Positions 23,850-36,253 of a DNA stretch of 64,000 nucleotides are shown in pieces. Below the pieces are notes generated by a model. That model worked only from the letters and a program-made list of their open reading frames with translations. It was not told the origin of the DNA and did no database searches. The translations under genes and the position numbers were made by a program. Within the stretch, counting starts at the first letter, position 1. Each line of letters starts with the position of its first letter. Source of the DNA: Lama glama (taxonomy: Eukaryota); the NCBI GenBank assembly GCA_028534125.1, contig CM052817.1, forward strand, positions 4,404,001 through 4,468,000, read 5' to 3'.

Positions 23850-24900
23850 TGTGGCGCTGCCCACAGTCTCTGCCAGCGCATCCGAAGTCCGTCTCTGGCT
23901 TTTAAAAGAGCCCTGAAAACCAGACCTACCCAATCGCGAGAGCGAGGCTGGGGCCCAGCTGAGGGCGTGTGCGCGGGGCGGGGGTCGGCGGGGCTGGGCG
24001 GTTGGTGGGGCGGGGGGCGGAGTGGGGGAGATCGGAAGGCAAGCGCTTCCTGGTTCGAGCCGAGAGGGGCGAATCCGGCTCGGCTCCGCGCCGCCGGGAG
24101 GAGCTGTCTGTCTGCAGCCCCCTCCTCCCGCCCTCGTCTCTCCCTCCTCCTCCCGCCCTCCTCGCGGAGCCGGGCGGTGCTGGCAGCCGAGCGGCGGCGG
24201 CAGGCGGGCCGAGCAGCCGGGGCAGCCGGGCGCGTGGGCAGCCGCAGGCGCCGAGCCTCCGTCCCTCTCTTTACTGGGCCCAGGCCTTTGTCACCGCGCG
24301 CGTGCAGAGCGGAACCGCTCAAGGGAGCCGGACAGAGCGAAAGCCAGCCCCACAGGTTCACCCGCCGGGCCGAGGGCGCCAGAGCGGGGCCATGTCTTAC
24401 CAGGGCAAGAAGAGCATTCCGCACATCACGGTAAGCTGGGCCCCCGCCTCTGCCTCGCCGTTCTTTGTGGGGTGGAGGTGGTCTCCGTCAGGGTCGGGAT
24501 CCGCTGGGGGACCCTCAGGGGCGGCCCCCGGAGGCTTCCTGCGTCGCCGCGGGTAGGGCGGGGCCGGTCTCGGCTTTGCAGCCCCCTCCCCCAAGCATCT
24601 GGGGGACAATGGGGGGGAGGGGAGCCCCGCGTGGCGGGGCGGGGCTGGAGCCTCAGGCCCCTCTCTCCGCGGGCTTGCAGCCCCCTCCCCCCACGGGATG
24701 TGCCTGAGGATGGCATGGACTGGGAGGTTGCGGAGCCGAACAAAAGAGGGAGGGGCGCGGAGGTCCGAACACCCTCCATCCGGCCTTGGAGCTGAGCCTC
24801 CAGAGTGGAGCCTTTGCGCCGTCCAGCTCTTGCGCCTCGCAGCAGAGTTCCTTCCCCGCCAGAGGGAGGAAAAAAATCGACCACCGTTCCCCACTCCCCG
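23850..24900 (+). promoter_or_regulatory. CpG island / promoter of the short CRMP1 isoform
   Basis: CpG-dense, with CCAAT at 23930, TCGCGAGA at 23934-23941 and GGGCGG boxes at about 23976-24020. Boundaries are approximate. Confidence 0.88.
24392..24430 (+). CDS. CRMP1: CRMP1 short-isoform coding exon 1 (MSYQGKKSIPHIT)
   Basis: This is the canonical CRMP N-terminus MSYQGKK. The start context is gccATGt, and the 39-nt coding part ends at donor ACG|GTAAGC (phase 0) in a second CpG island. Confidence 0.96.
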
Positions 24901-27900
24901 CCCATAATGATGGAGTGGAAGTCTGGACCTAGAGACAGCGCCATGATAGAAGCGCCCCTCCCATTCGTCCCCGCAACTAAAAATAGCTTAATGGGCCGGC
25001 ACTGGCGACCCCGGAAGGATTAACACTTGGGGTGCGGGAATGGGAGTGGGGACCGAGCTGTACTCTATGTCCCTGGGTGTGGCCGGAAACAAAGGAACCC
25101 TGGTCTTCACGCTTTGTCTCAGGGTGGGGAGCTGAGGGGACAGCCGATTCAGAAACCTCCACCCCATTCCTTGCCTGGCATGAGAATTGAACCAAGCCAT
25201 TCCTGAGAGACGTGGACCACAGGTGCTGGTGAAGCCCGTGGGCCTTGGGTGGCTGGTGTCTGAGCAACCAGGTGCTAGGAGGCAGGATTCTGAGCATAAC
25301 TGAATCTTCTGGGGATTCCATGCCTGAGGTTTAAAGACAGGAAACCCAGCATCCTCATTTATCCAGAGTCCAGGCTTAGAGTTGGCCCCAGAGCATCTTG
25401 GAGAGAGTAGCTTTGGGCAGAGGGGAAGGAGCTGACATTCCCTACTCGTCTGCCCAGTGTATTGTGGACCTTGCCTTATTGAATCTTCTCAGTAAATCTT
25501 TTGAAGGAAGCATTGTCCACATGAAGCTCTCAGAGGCTGGAGCACTGGCTGGAGGTACAATTGAGAGGAAGGTTGGGAGGGAACTGGACCCATACCTCTC
25601 CAGAACAGCCCTGCATTCTGCCCTTCTGGGCTGAGTCTCCCCTTAGGAAGCCCCTCCTGTGTCCTGCTTCAGGTCTTGCCAGCCGACCTTTGCAGAGTTA
25701 CCATCCAGCAGTGTGACCCCTGAGGGTGGGACCACCTCTTCCCCATCCCTAATCCTTGCCCTCTGAGACATGGAGATGTAAGTGACCAGTCACTTAACAC
25801 TGTTGTCGGCTAAGAATCAATGGAAGGGATGTAGTTGTCCTAGGCTAGGCAGTGGGGGGAATGTACTGGATATTTATATGAGCATGTCCAGGCTTTGGGA
25901 CTCTCCAGCCCTGCCCCGGGGGACCCGAGGCAGGAGATGGAGGTAGAGGTGATGCAGTGACTGATGAATTCTGGAGCCCCAGGCCCCTTTGTGTCTGTGG
26001 CCCCCCACAGGCCTGTGCCCTGTTCCAGACCCCAGTTTCTAAGAAGGAAGCTGAGCAAGATGGGCTTTGAGGCAGATGTATCAGAACAGTGCCTCCTGAA
26101 TTGTCTAGTTCTGTCACCCTGCCTTCTGGCTGTGGCCCTCCAGAGTGGAGATGAACTGCCCAGGCTTTTGCACCGGATGGATCTGGGTTAGCCTCCGTGC
26201 TCTGATATCCAAAGTGGGCCTAGCACTGGCCATTTCATAGGACCCTTGAGCGTCCAAGAGGACCCTGGCAAAGCGCTTTGTGTTTGGTAGGCACAGAGCA
26301 AGGGCTTCAGAACTGCTGGCTGATCCTGCTGCTTTAGCCATTTGAGTGAAGCAAGTAGTCCACTCATGTATAAGAGAGAATCAAACGGAGTGACTCTGAC
26401 AGCTTCAATAGCATGGGGAAGAGAGATGCTGAAAACTCCGCTCAGTTACTGGGAAAGTAGCCCTTGATGAGTCATTCATCTTTTGTTTGGTCCACATAGT
26501 TCACTCCAGCTAGAAAGATTTGTGGTTTAAAGGAGAAACCAGAGAGGATGACATTGGACGGAGCTCCTTTGTAGGACGCACAGCTTCCTGAGGATCCTTT
26601 GCTGATAATGTTCGTGTTGTGACAGGAACCAGAATGCCATTAAATGAATGGACGGGCATTGTGGCTTTACACATGCTATACCCTTAACATGTTCAATATT
26701 ACCCAATTGGTAAGTGACTATAAGAACAATAAGTACCTGGTCTGTGCCGGGCACTGTGCAGGGTGCTAGGGAAAGTGGGTATGAGATGGGCATGCCCTTG
26801 CCTTCCCAGTGTTTAGCAAAGACTGACATTTCAGCCTGAAATTGCTGTGAAGTGTGGGGGTGTTGTAAGGGGTGGTATGGGAAGCCAGGGAGACCACAGC
26901 AGGAACACCCAGCCTCATCCTGGGATGCGGAGGGAGACAGACGGAAGGAAGGGGGTTCTGTGTGACGTGGGGGAAGGCCCCAAGGCAAAAGAGTGTGATC
27001 CCTTGGAAAAACTGAAGGAAAGTCAGCGTGACAGAAGCCTGACCTCTGCATCCAAGTGCAGCTTCTCTGAGCAGTTCGAGCAAATCCTGGAGACAGTTAA
27101 GGTGTTTTGGCAGCCCTGGTGTGTGTGATCCGTGGAGGGACCCAGAAGGCTTAGAAAAGGATCAAGATTTAAAAAAAAAAAAAAAAAAAGACCAGCTGCA
27201 TCCCCAGGTCCCCACCTGCTTGATGTTTTCTCACTCTGTGCCCCCCTGAGCCTCAGTCTGCCCACCTGAACAAAGCGGATAAGGTCCCAGCTTTGGCAGT
27301 GAAATCAGAGATAGGAGAGGGTATGTGAGCAGAGGAGGAGGAGGGACATCCCAGACAGTGCACAGTGCGGACCGAGGCGGGAGCAGGGCTGAATCACGAA
27401 AATACTCTACTCATGTTGACCGCGGTGTCTTTTCCTCTTTCCTCCACCTTAGCCTTCTTCTGAGATACAAGAGTAGCCTGACTGAAAAGAGGGGAAAAGC
27501 TTGGCTTCAGCCCCCAAGGATTGTTTAAAATATTAATAAGGCTCTCTTTTCATGTGTGGCTTTTTAAAAAGATTAATGGGACAGCCAGAATTCATTTAGC
27601 TAAAGCTGTTTTTCGGTGCCTACTGTGGTGGTTAAGCAAGTAGAGCATCCTGGGCGTGGCTCTGAGCAAACAAAGGCACAGGGCTCGTGGCCCCTCGGAA
27701 GCTTTCGGTCCCCACAGAGCCACAGAAGAGGGTAGCAAGAGTGTCTACCATGACGGTTAAGAATTATTGTTTTTACAAATAAGACTTCGTGAGTACTGAC
27801 CATTTGTGATTTTGCAGACTGTGATGGCAGTCAGGACCCCTGTGATCATTTACTGGGTTTTCAGAACAGTCCTGTGAGGAAGACAGCCTGTTATCCAAAG

Positions 27901-28475
27901 AGTAAACTGAGGATTAGAGACTTTAAAGCTTCATCAGTGGCCCGTGGAGGAATGAAGAGATCCGATTCAGGCAGGGAGGGTAGATGGGCTGGTCTCCTCG
28001 CTAAGACAGTCACTGTCTGATTGAAATCTGTGTGTGCGCGCACGCGTGTATGTGTGTTAGATCAAACAGTGAAGATGAGCAGGGAAGAAAGGTATCAATA
28101 AGTAAAAATTACATCAGACTGAATTCGTTACTGTAATGGACAAATATGCAAAAAAACCTACTACTTCCTGAGGGTGACGCTCAGCCTATCTATAAATATT
28201 TAGTTTATCTTCCTGCCTTTTTATGCAAAGGATTTGAGATGCCTTCAGTGATTTGTCACACATCTCGTGAAATCAGATGGAAGTAGAATACCAAGAAAGA
28301 AGGTCGAGGAAGAGCAGAGACCAAACCTGCCAGCGATTCAGACCACTGGAGCCTGACTCAGCGTCTCATTCTGACTCAGAGCTTTTGTCATCCAGGGCAG
28401 AGAAAGAGACCCCACTGGTTTGGTCAAGACTATGATCAGGCAGGGAGAAGTGGGCCATAGTCTTAGGGGAAAATT

Positions 28476-28549
28476 TATTTTATTTTATTTTATTTTTTAT
28501 TTTTCGTGTATATATTTTTCATTAAAGTACAGTCAGCTTACAATGTTTT
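28476..28549 (-). mobile_element. Extremely 5'-truncated L1 insertion (tail plus about 30 nt)
   Basis: A (TATTT)n tail followed by 'aaagtacagtcagcttacaatg', flanked by the TSD ggggaaaatt at 28466-28475 and 28550-28559. Confidence 0.7.
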
Positions 28550-31500
28550 GGGGAAAATTATTTTAAATTAAATTCTTTAAAAGTGTTTCAGAGGGCATAA
28601 AAGTGATGCTGAGTTAGGGTATCTTCCATAACATAATTATGGCAACTTAGCCCTAACTGCCTGTTTCTTGTAATAAACTTGGCCAAGACTGAATACATGG
28701 AAACACATGACATGACATATGTGAGTGTGCCGGGCACATAGTCAGTGGCTAACAGGTGATAGTTCCCTTCCCTGAACTCAGGCTCTCTCTTTGAGGAAAT
28801 GAAAATTCAGAATGACAGGTGATCAGTGAGTGTTAACTGCATATCTGTCTGTTCCTTGAACTGTGCAAGGTATGATGGGCAGTTAAAAATACATATTTTT
28901 ATTTACGTGACCCTGACTTTGAGAAGCTTTCCATCTAAGTGAAAAATTGCACATGCATGGAATGACTTCAGAAGGACTGGAGGGTAAACTGTGGACTAAA
29001 TCACAGGTGTTAGAGGAATTCAGAGAAAGGGGAACTCATCGTTGGCAGAAGCAATAGGAGGTGGCCTTTTGGGGCTTGAGGGATGGAGCGAGCTAGGTGT
29101 TGAGGGATTTGATTGGTAGAGACAAAGGAAGAGCATGCAAAGCAGGGGGAACAGCATGGACAAGACCTGGGCTGGGAAATGAATATGGTCAGAAGAGAGT
29201 AAGGATTTTTACATTGTTAATTCAAGGCGTGAGGAACTTGAAGTAAATTTGAATGGATAGGAGATCGAGGGGGTTCTACAAGGCTTTGGAAGTCAGACAA
29301 AATACATCCAAAGTGATGGAAATAGCACGTGGGGTTTAAATCTGGCTCAAATGTGAATGGGATATTTGACCTTGGACAAGTCAGTTCTTCTCTGAGCTTC
29401 AGATTCCTTTTCTTTACAAAGTTGAATTAGGTAATTCAGCTCCAAGTTATAGGGTACTCTGACTTTATTCTGTGGTAATAGGAAGCCTCTGGAAGCTCTT
29501 GAGGTGAGAAGATGGTGTGATAAAGTCAGCATGGAAGAATGTGGATTCTGAAGCTTGGCTATCTGGGTCTGAATCCTAGCTGTTACACTTACTGGCTGTG
29601 CAGTTTGGGCAAATCACTTGTTTTCTCTGTGCAGCAATTTTCTCACTTGTAAAATGGGAATAATAATAATACTGCATAGGGGTTTTTCCCTGAGAATTAA
29701 GTGATTTAATATATGCAAGATGCTTAGGATAGCACCTGCACATAGTATACACTCTGTGGGTTTGCTGTTATTATTCTTACTGTGGGATGGTGTATCAGTC
29801 AGCTTTGTTCCATAGCAAACAATCCCAAAGTCACAATGGTTTTCAATAACATACATTTATTTCTTGCTCAAGCTGCATGAGGGCCTGGACTGGCTGTAGC
29901 TTTGCCCCTGGCTGCTGCTTGTATCTACTCACCTTGACCCAGGCTGAGGGAGCACAGAGAATGGAAGCACAAGAGACTGGTACCAACCTGAAATGCCTTT
30001 AAGAACTTCTTTTTAACTGTGGCCCTTTCATATCTGCTCATAGCCATTGGCCAAAGCAAGTCACATAATCAAGGCATAAAGTGAGGAGGAGAAGCCCAAT
30101 GTTAGTCTTTCTGGAGGAGACATGAGGACTAAATGTGTACATTCTGGCCCACTAAGAGATGCTAATAAACACCTCTTGGAGCTGATAACGGGGTGGTCAG
30201 AAAGTGTAAGGGATGAGTTTGGAAGAAAAGATCTGCATTGGTTCCCAGGCTGAATCAGAGTTGAGAAAGAGCATCAAATTGAGGTGTCTCACTGGGCAAC
30301 TAAAACACAGAATGGGATGGGGATGAGAGGCAAGGCCCAGAGATAGAGATTAGAGACCTATGTATAAGAGGCACTGGTAGAAAATAGGAAAATGTGAGAT
30401 ATTCCAGCAACCAGTGGTTCTCAGCCCATATGTTTCTGTGAGCACGGTGATGTATTGAAAAAGTCCTCTGTAGAGGTTCTGCTACATTTTGATTGGCATT
30501 CACAGTTTGTTTGTTACAACCAAGTCTACAAGTCATTCTAGTAACAGCTATCAGGTGGAGCCCTGTGTACTCACAAGCGGAACAGTATTGAGTGGAGTCT
30601 GACTTTCTTGTAAGAAAGAGGAAGCTCTTGTAATGGAAAGGGAACATCAGAAGACGGCCCCTTGAGCATATAAGAGAACAGGGTCAGGGTAGTGGACAGC
30701 ACCATGGTGCTGAAGAGTAAGCAAGTGCAATTAAGGAGTCATTAAAGGCCCTGTGAGATGGATACAGTCACACTGTAATAGGGATGACAGGATAATGATT
30801 GCTGACTTGTTTGGTGTTGTTTTAGGTCTTTAATCCCTTCAAGAATGCTGCAGATTTTAATACTACTTGTAAATATGTCCAGAACACAGAAGAAGTTAAG
30901 ATTCATTGCCATAGAGAGATGCAAAGACCAAATCATAATTTTGTTCAAAGTGACAGAAGACAGCTCTATACTGGTGTTGGTGGTTTGGGAAGTGGAATGA
31001 GATCTAGGATGCTTCACAGAAAGACTGGTCCAGAAATCTAGAAAACAAGAGTAAACAGGTAAAAGGAGGGAAGTGATGGCTGTGGACATATGAGGTTACA
31101 GCTCCCTACTCCTTCCTTGGGCCTGTGTCCCAGCACCTGGAACAGTCTCTCTGACCAGGCTCACCCTTTCTGGCCCTTTGCCTTTGTATAAGCTGTGATC
31201 ATTGTGGAAAATCTCCCTCCTGGGGTTGGGAATTGGAAGCACTCCCACTTCAGTAACTTTGGTTTGTCCACTTGAATGTGCACACTTGGAAGATTGGGAC
31301 AATGTCTGATTCTTCTCAGCAACTCCTCTGGAGCACTCTTACGCACTGGTGACTCATGGCAGGGACTCCATACTCTGTGAGTGGATGAATAAAAACTGGA
31401 CTGCAAGCTGTGCATCTCTGCTGACTGAGGTCTTAAGACACTTTTCCATTTGACTTTCCTTAAAGAATGTCTAATGCAGGGAATTAACATTTGGGTATTA

Positions 31501-34500
31501 CCATCCAGAAGGCGATGAGGGTAATGTGAAGTGGTTTTGGAGCTGAAAAATAAAGACTTGCAAAGTGGTACTTTGACAGAGGGGAGAGAGCAGATCTGGC
31601 ATATTAATGGGCTTCACTTCATTTCACATTAAAAGCAAGCTTTTACAGGAGGAAGCTTTCATATAAATGTTGGATCATCAAAGTACACTTCTCCCCAGGA
31701 CCTTGACTGAATAATGACTTGGTAGTAGAGCTTGGGGTCAATTCCATGGGAAAACTACGTGGATCTGATGTAGAATTGTGCAAAGTAAAGAGGGGGCTGC
31801 TTGAGATTCTGTACCTGTCTCCAAATTATGCTGCCATCTATTTTATATCAGATCATATTCTTAGGCTTAAATCCTAATAAAATCTAAGCAAATATTTGAT
31901 GTATACTACCTTAAAACCGAAAGTAACCTTTTAAATTATGTAAAATTTTCTGGGTTTGTGCATTTGAGGTAGCAGGAAGGAGTGTCCATTGCTTCTTCTC
32001 CACCCCCGTCCCCCTCTGGTGTTCCCCCCTTGCCTGCCTCCAATGACAGGGAGATCCCCACTTTACACAGCAGCCTGCTTTATTCTTGGACAGCTCTGTT
32101 GTTGGAAAGTCTTCTGTATGTAGAGTGAGAGGCTGTCTGTTGCCCTACTTTTGGTCTCAGAATTTTCATAGTTTTCTTCCTTTTCCACATTGATATTCCT
32201 AGAAGTTCTGAAAGATATTTCTCAGTTACTTAGGATCTTTTCTTTTCCAAAACAGCCCCAGTTCTTTATTCCTCATCTAGTGCAGTTTCCAAGTACAATG
32301 TTTAGATTTTTCTCTCCTTTTTCCTTTTTCTTTTCCATTTTTAATTCTTTTTACTGTCTTTTATTTCTGAGCTTGTAGAACAAAATGGGTCCAAAATAAA
32401 GCTTAAATTATTGGGCACCTTGAAACTGGTTTAAATAACTTTCTAGAGTCATAGCTTCTTTTGTGAAGCTGGTAAAGTCATTACAAACTTTCCCCTGCTT
32501 CTTCAAATGCACAGACACAGAACATTCAGCACAAAGCATTGGGCTTCGTAGGCCAGTGTTCAGTGTGTTGAGAGCTTTAACTTATTATCTTAAGTAATCC
32601 TGTGAGGTGGGTGCTTTGATTAGCTCCACTAAAAGAAAAAAAAAACTGAAACACACGGAGATTAAGTATCTTGCTGCAGGTCACCGGCTAAGAAGCTGTG
32701 TGGGAATAAGCTGTAGTCTCTGTGGTGAAGGATCTCACAGTCTCTTGGGGGGAAATGGACATATAAAAATGAGCTGAAAGATGAAGTGTCATGCACTTGT
32801 GAGACAGTGCGGACCAGAGATGCAAGCCTTGTGCCACAGGGCGAACATCTGTTCGTGGAGGCAGGACACTGCACCTGACGAGTTGGAAATCAATGGGCAG
32901 AGCAGGTGTGGCAGGAAGTCCAGTGAGTGGACACCACAGACAAAGGCACAGGGTGTGAAATTGCAGTTTCAAGAGTCAGAATATGGTGCAAACCTGAGAG
33001 AGGGAGGAGGCCAGGCCAGAAAGAGCCTGAGGGCATTCTGTGTCTTATGAGCGAGGACAAGGTGATGAAGGGTTTGAAAGAGAGACGTGATATGGTTGCA
33101 TTTGTGGGACAGAAAAGGCATTGGCTGTCATGTGGGGGGGACAAGACAGGCAGCAGGGAGACAGGTAAGGAAGGCTGGCCTGGGCAGGTGCAGTGGGAGG
33201 TGGAAATCGGCAGGTGGGTATGAGGACATTTCTGGAGCAGATGCGACGACATCTATGAAAGAGTTGGGTTTGGAGTGTGGGAGGTTAGAGAGAAGCTGAA
33301 GATGAAACTGGGCACATGAATGAGATTTATCTCCCCAGGTTGCAAAGACTTTAAAATACAGGCGCTAAGCGCTGTCCATGTATTAATTGTTTTAGCTTTC
33401 CAAACCTTTCTCTGCATTATCCTGGGACACTGAAGCACAGAGAGGTGAACGTGACTAAGTCACATGATTAGTAAGTGTGAGGCCAGATTAGAACTCAGGC
33501 AGTCTGCCGTCTGCCCCTGTGTCCTTAACCAGCAGACAAAATCGCCTCTTTGTTAAATGAACATTAAATGAGATAATAAGTACAGAAGCAGCCGGCTTGG
33601 GGGGCATTGCCAATGTTTATTAAGTGAATAGTTCTCGCATTTAACATCTTATCACTTAGAGCCCTTTGTAACTTTCTGAGTCCTTCAATCTGCCTTACAC
33701 CCTTTCAACCGCAATTGCAGCAGTCTTATCAGGAGGGCAGGTGAGGTGCTTGACATGTGGATATGTATGGACTATTCTTGCTTATCCCCATTTTGCAAAG
33801 CAGGGAATGGAGCCTCAGACATCTTAACTAGGTATAGTGGAAAGAACACTGGGATAACCAGCAGGGGACACTGGGCTGTCACTCTGTAGGTACCATGTGG
33901 TACTAGGTTCAGAACTGGGTCCACCATCTCCTGGCTGTGTGACCTTGAGCAAATCACTTGACTTGTCTGAGTTTCCTGATTTGTAGCAATAATACCCACT
34001 TCCTAAGGTGACTTAAGAATTAAAAATGAAAACCCCTTGTAATGCAGAACCGATGTTTAGTATGTATTCAGAAATATGATTTTCTTAAAGGCAACAGGTT
34101 TCTGTTCACATTGCTTTATATAAGGTACAAAGCAGAGACAAGGAAATGCAGAAGTAGGTCTAGACATATATACAGATTTAGCTAGCATGCTCCTTCAACG
34201 GTAGCCTGAAGACCTTATCCACTCCTGGGGTCATGATAGAGGTATGTTATTTTAAAACCAGATTCTCAGCCCATCAGGGAGTTTTTCCTGAATGGCTGTC
34301 AGGTACAGTGGAGTGTGAGATCACGCTGTTAAAATTGCAGTTGTCATGGAAATGGCCCTGAGCTCACAGAAAAAGCCTGTAACTCATGGAGACCGCCTGT
34401 ATTTCTGATTCATGAAGGAGTAAAATACCACCATGTACCCTACTCATGTGTGTGGAGAACAAATGTGTGTTAATTAGATTCAGTCTCAGGCCTGTTGCCA

Positions 34501-36232
34501 CTTCCAGGGCTACTTTCCTGGAAAGTGTAGCAAAGGGCCACCGGCTGACAGGCTGTCCCCTGAGGCAAAACCACAGGCGAATGAGCTGGTTTCCCGTGAA
34601 TCAATATGAATGTGCAGCTGCACACTGTAGGCAGCACTTGCAATGGAAATAATAGACTTTATTTCCACCATGCAGGAGGGAGAACAGAGTGCAGGGAGGC
34701 TTAATGCTGCAAGGAGCCTGTTTGGGAGATCTTGGCAGGGAACCTGGGAGGAAAGGGGCTCTATTCATTAAAGGTAGGAACAGAGTCATGGATTTGTGAA
34801 GTGTTTGAGCTAGAAAAATTTCTCAGCAATCACTGTGGCTGTGGCTTCTGGCACAGAATCTGAATAGTGTATCAATTTGCTTTGATGCAATAAATGCTGC
34901 GTAACAAATAACCCTGTAATTCTGTGGCTTACAACAACAAATAGTTATTTGTTGTTCACAGGTTTGTGGGTGGCAGAGGCTCAGCACGGCTCAGCTAGAT
35001 TTGTCTTCCAGCTTCTGTTTGGGTCAGGCACATTCCTCATATCTTCTCATTCGGGGACTCAGGCTGAAGGAGGCATCATTCCTTGGGTCCTGTGGTTTTC
35101 ATAACTCCCAAAAATTTGAACGGAAACCCACCTCCCTCTTAAAGCTTGTGCTCAGACTGGTGCACTCACATCCACTCTCATTCTGTTGATCAATGTGAGT
35201 CACATAGGCATACCCACAGTCGATGGGGTTGGGAGAGCCCTACACCCATATTGGAGCATGACAAGTGCAGGAGAGCAAGAAGAGTTGTGAAACAAGTAGC
35301 ATGATCTTCCACAGAGGATCTACATCAAGAATATCTGAGGTGTTTGTTAATAGCATACATTCCTGGCCCCATAAACTAGATCTGGCAAATGAAAATCTTT
35401 ACAAAAGCACCTGGATTGGAATATTCAACAGGCACCCTCGGTGGATTTTCAGAGTTATTTAGGCTCTTGTGCCATGTTGTGAGTTGTACATACATGAGTG
35501 ATGTGTGCCTGTCTGTCCTATTGAGTGTTTGAGTTGCAAGCATGAGCCCTAATATCAGTGGCTTGTAGAGTTTGAAGAACTAGTAACTTTCAGAATTTAA
35601 CTTGACATTTCTCTGCCTTATGAGAAAGCAGTTCCACCTGTACTCAAAGCAGGGGCAAGCACATTTTACCAGATGAAGCTTCCTTTATCTTTTTGAGACT
35701 CATTTTCATGTTTGCTGTTTGGAGAGGGAGAGATTCTTCATCTTTTCAGGAGTAACTGGTCATTTAATTTACTCTAAGGCCAGTCCCGCTGATGAATCAA
35801 GCAGCCTCATCAGAGTCTGTGTGCACCTACAGCCACAGAGGGAGCTGCCGTCTCAGTGTGAAGATCTCTGAGATCTGTTTTTGGCACTCACTCATTCACT
35901 GACCCCAGATTCCAGGGTCTGCATTAGTGAAGCCCTGTAGGAGAGGGAACATGAGGGTATCGCTTGCCCTCCCCCCATCTTCCTGGGGTGGGATAATCAG
36001 AGTACTGAACGGTTGGCACCAAGAGTTAAAAGTACTTGAAACCATCTACAGACATTGTGAAACAGAATCCATGATTATTTTTGCTCTCTAGGAACGTAAA
36101 TATTACAGATATGCAGGTAAGCTGAGAAAGAAAAGCGGTGAGGAGCTCCAGAGCTGAATGAGGTAGAATGGAGAGGGATCTTCAGTGTCCCAGGGTTTGG
36201 AGAAACTTTGCTGTCCCAGCGCCCAGTTGCGT

Positions 36233-36253
36233 TTCAGGACCACGGACAGCGCA
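36233..36253 (+). promoter_or_regulatory. RE1/NRSE element (REST/NRSF binding site), intron 1
   Basis: TTCAGGACCACGGACAGCGCA matches the consensus TTCAGCACCACGGACAGCGCC at 19/21 positions with canonical spacing, inside a neuron-expressed gene. Confidence 0.75.

Noticed and set aside
23804..24944. Long ORFs (up to 257 aa) over the second CpG island
   Set aside because: The translations are low-complexity Arg/Pro/Gly/Ala, typical of CpG islands, with no homology recognised.
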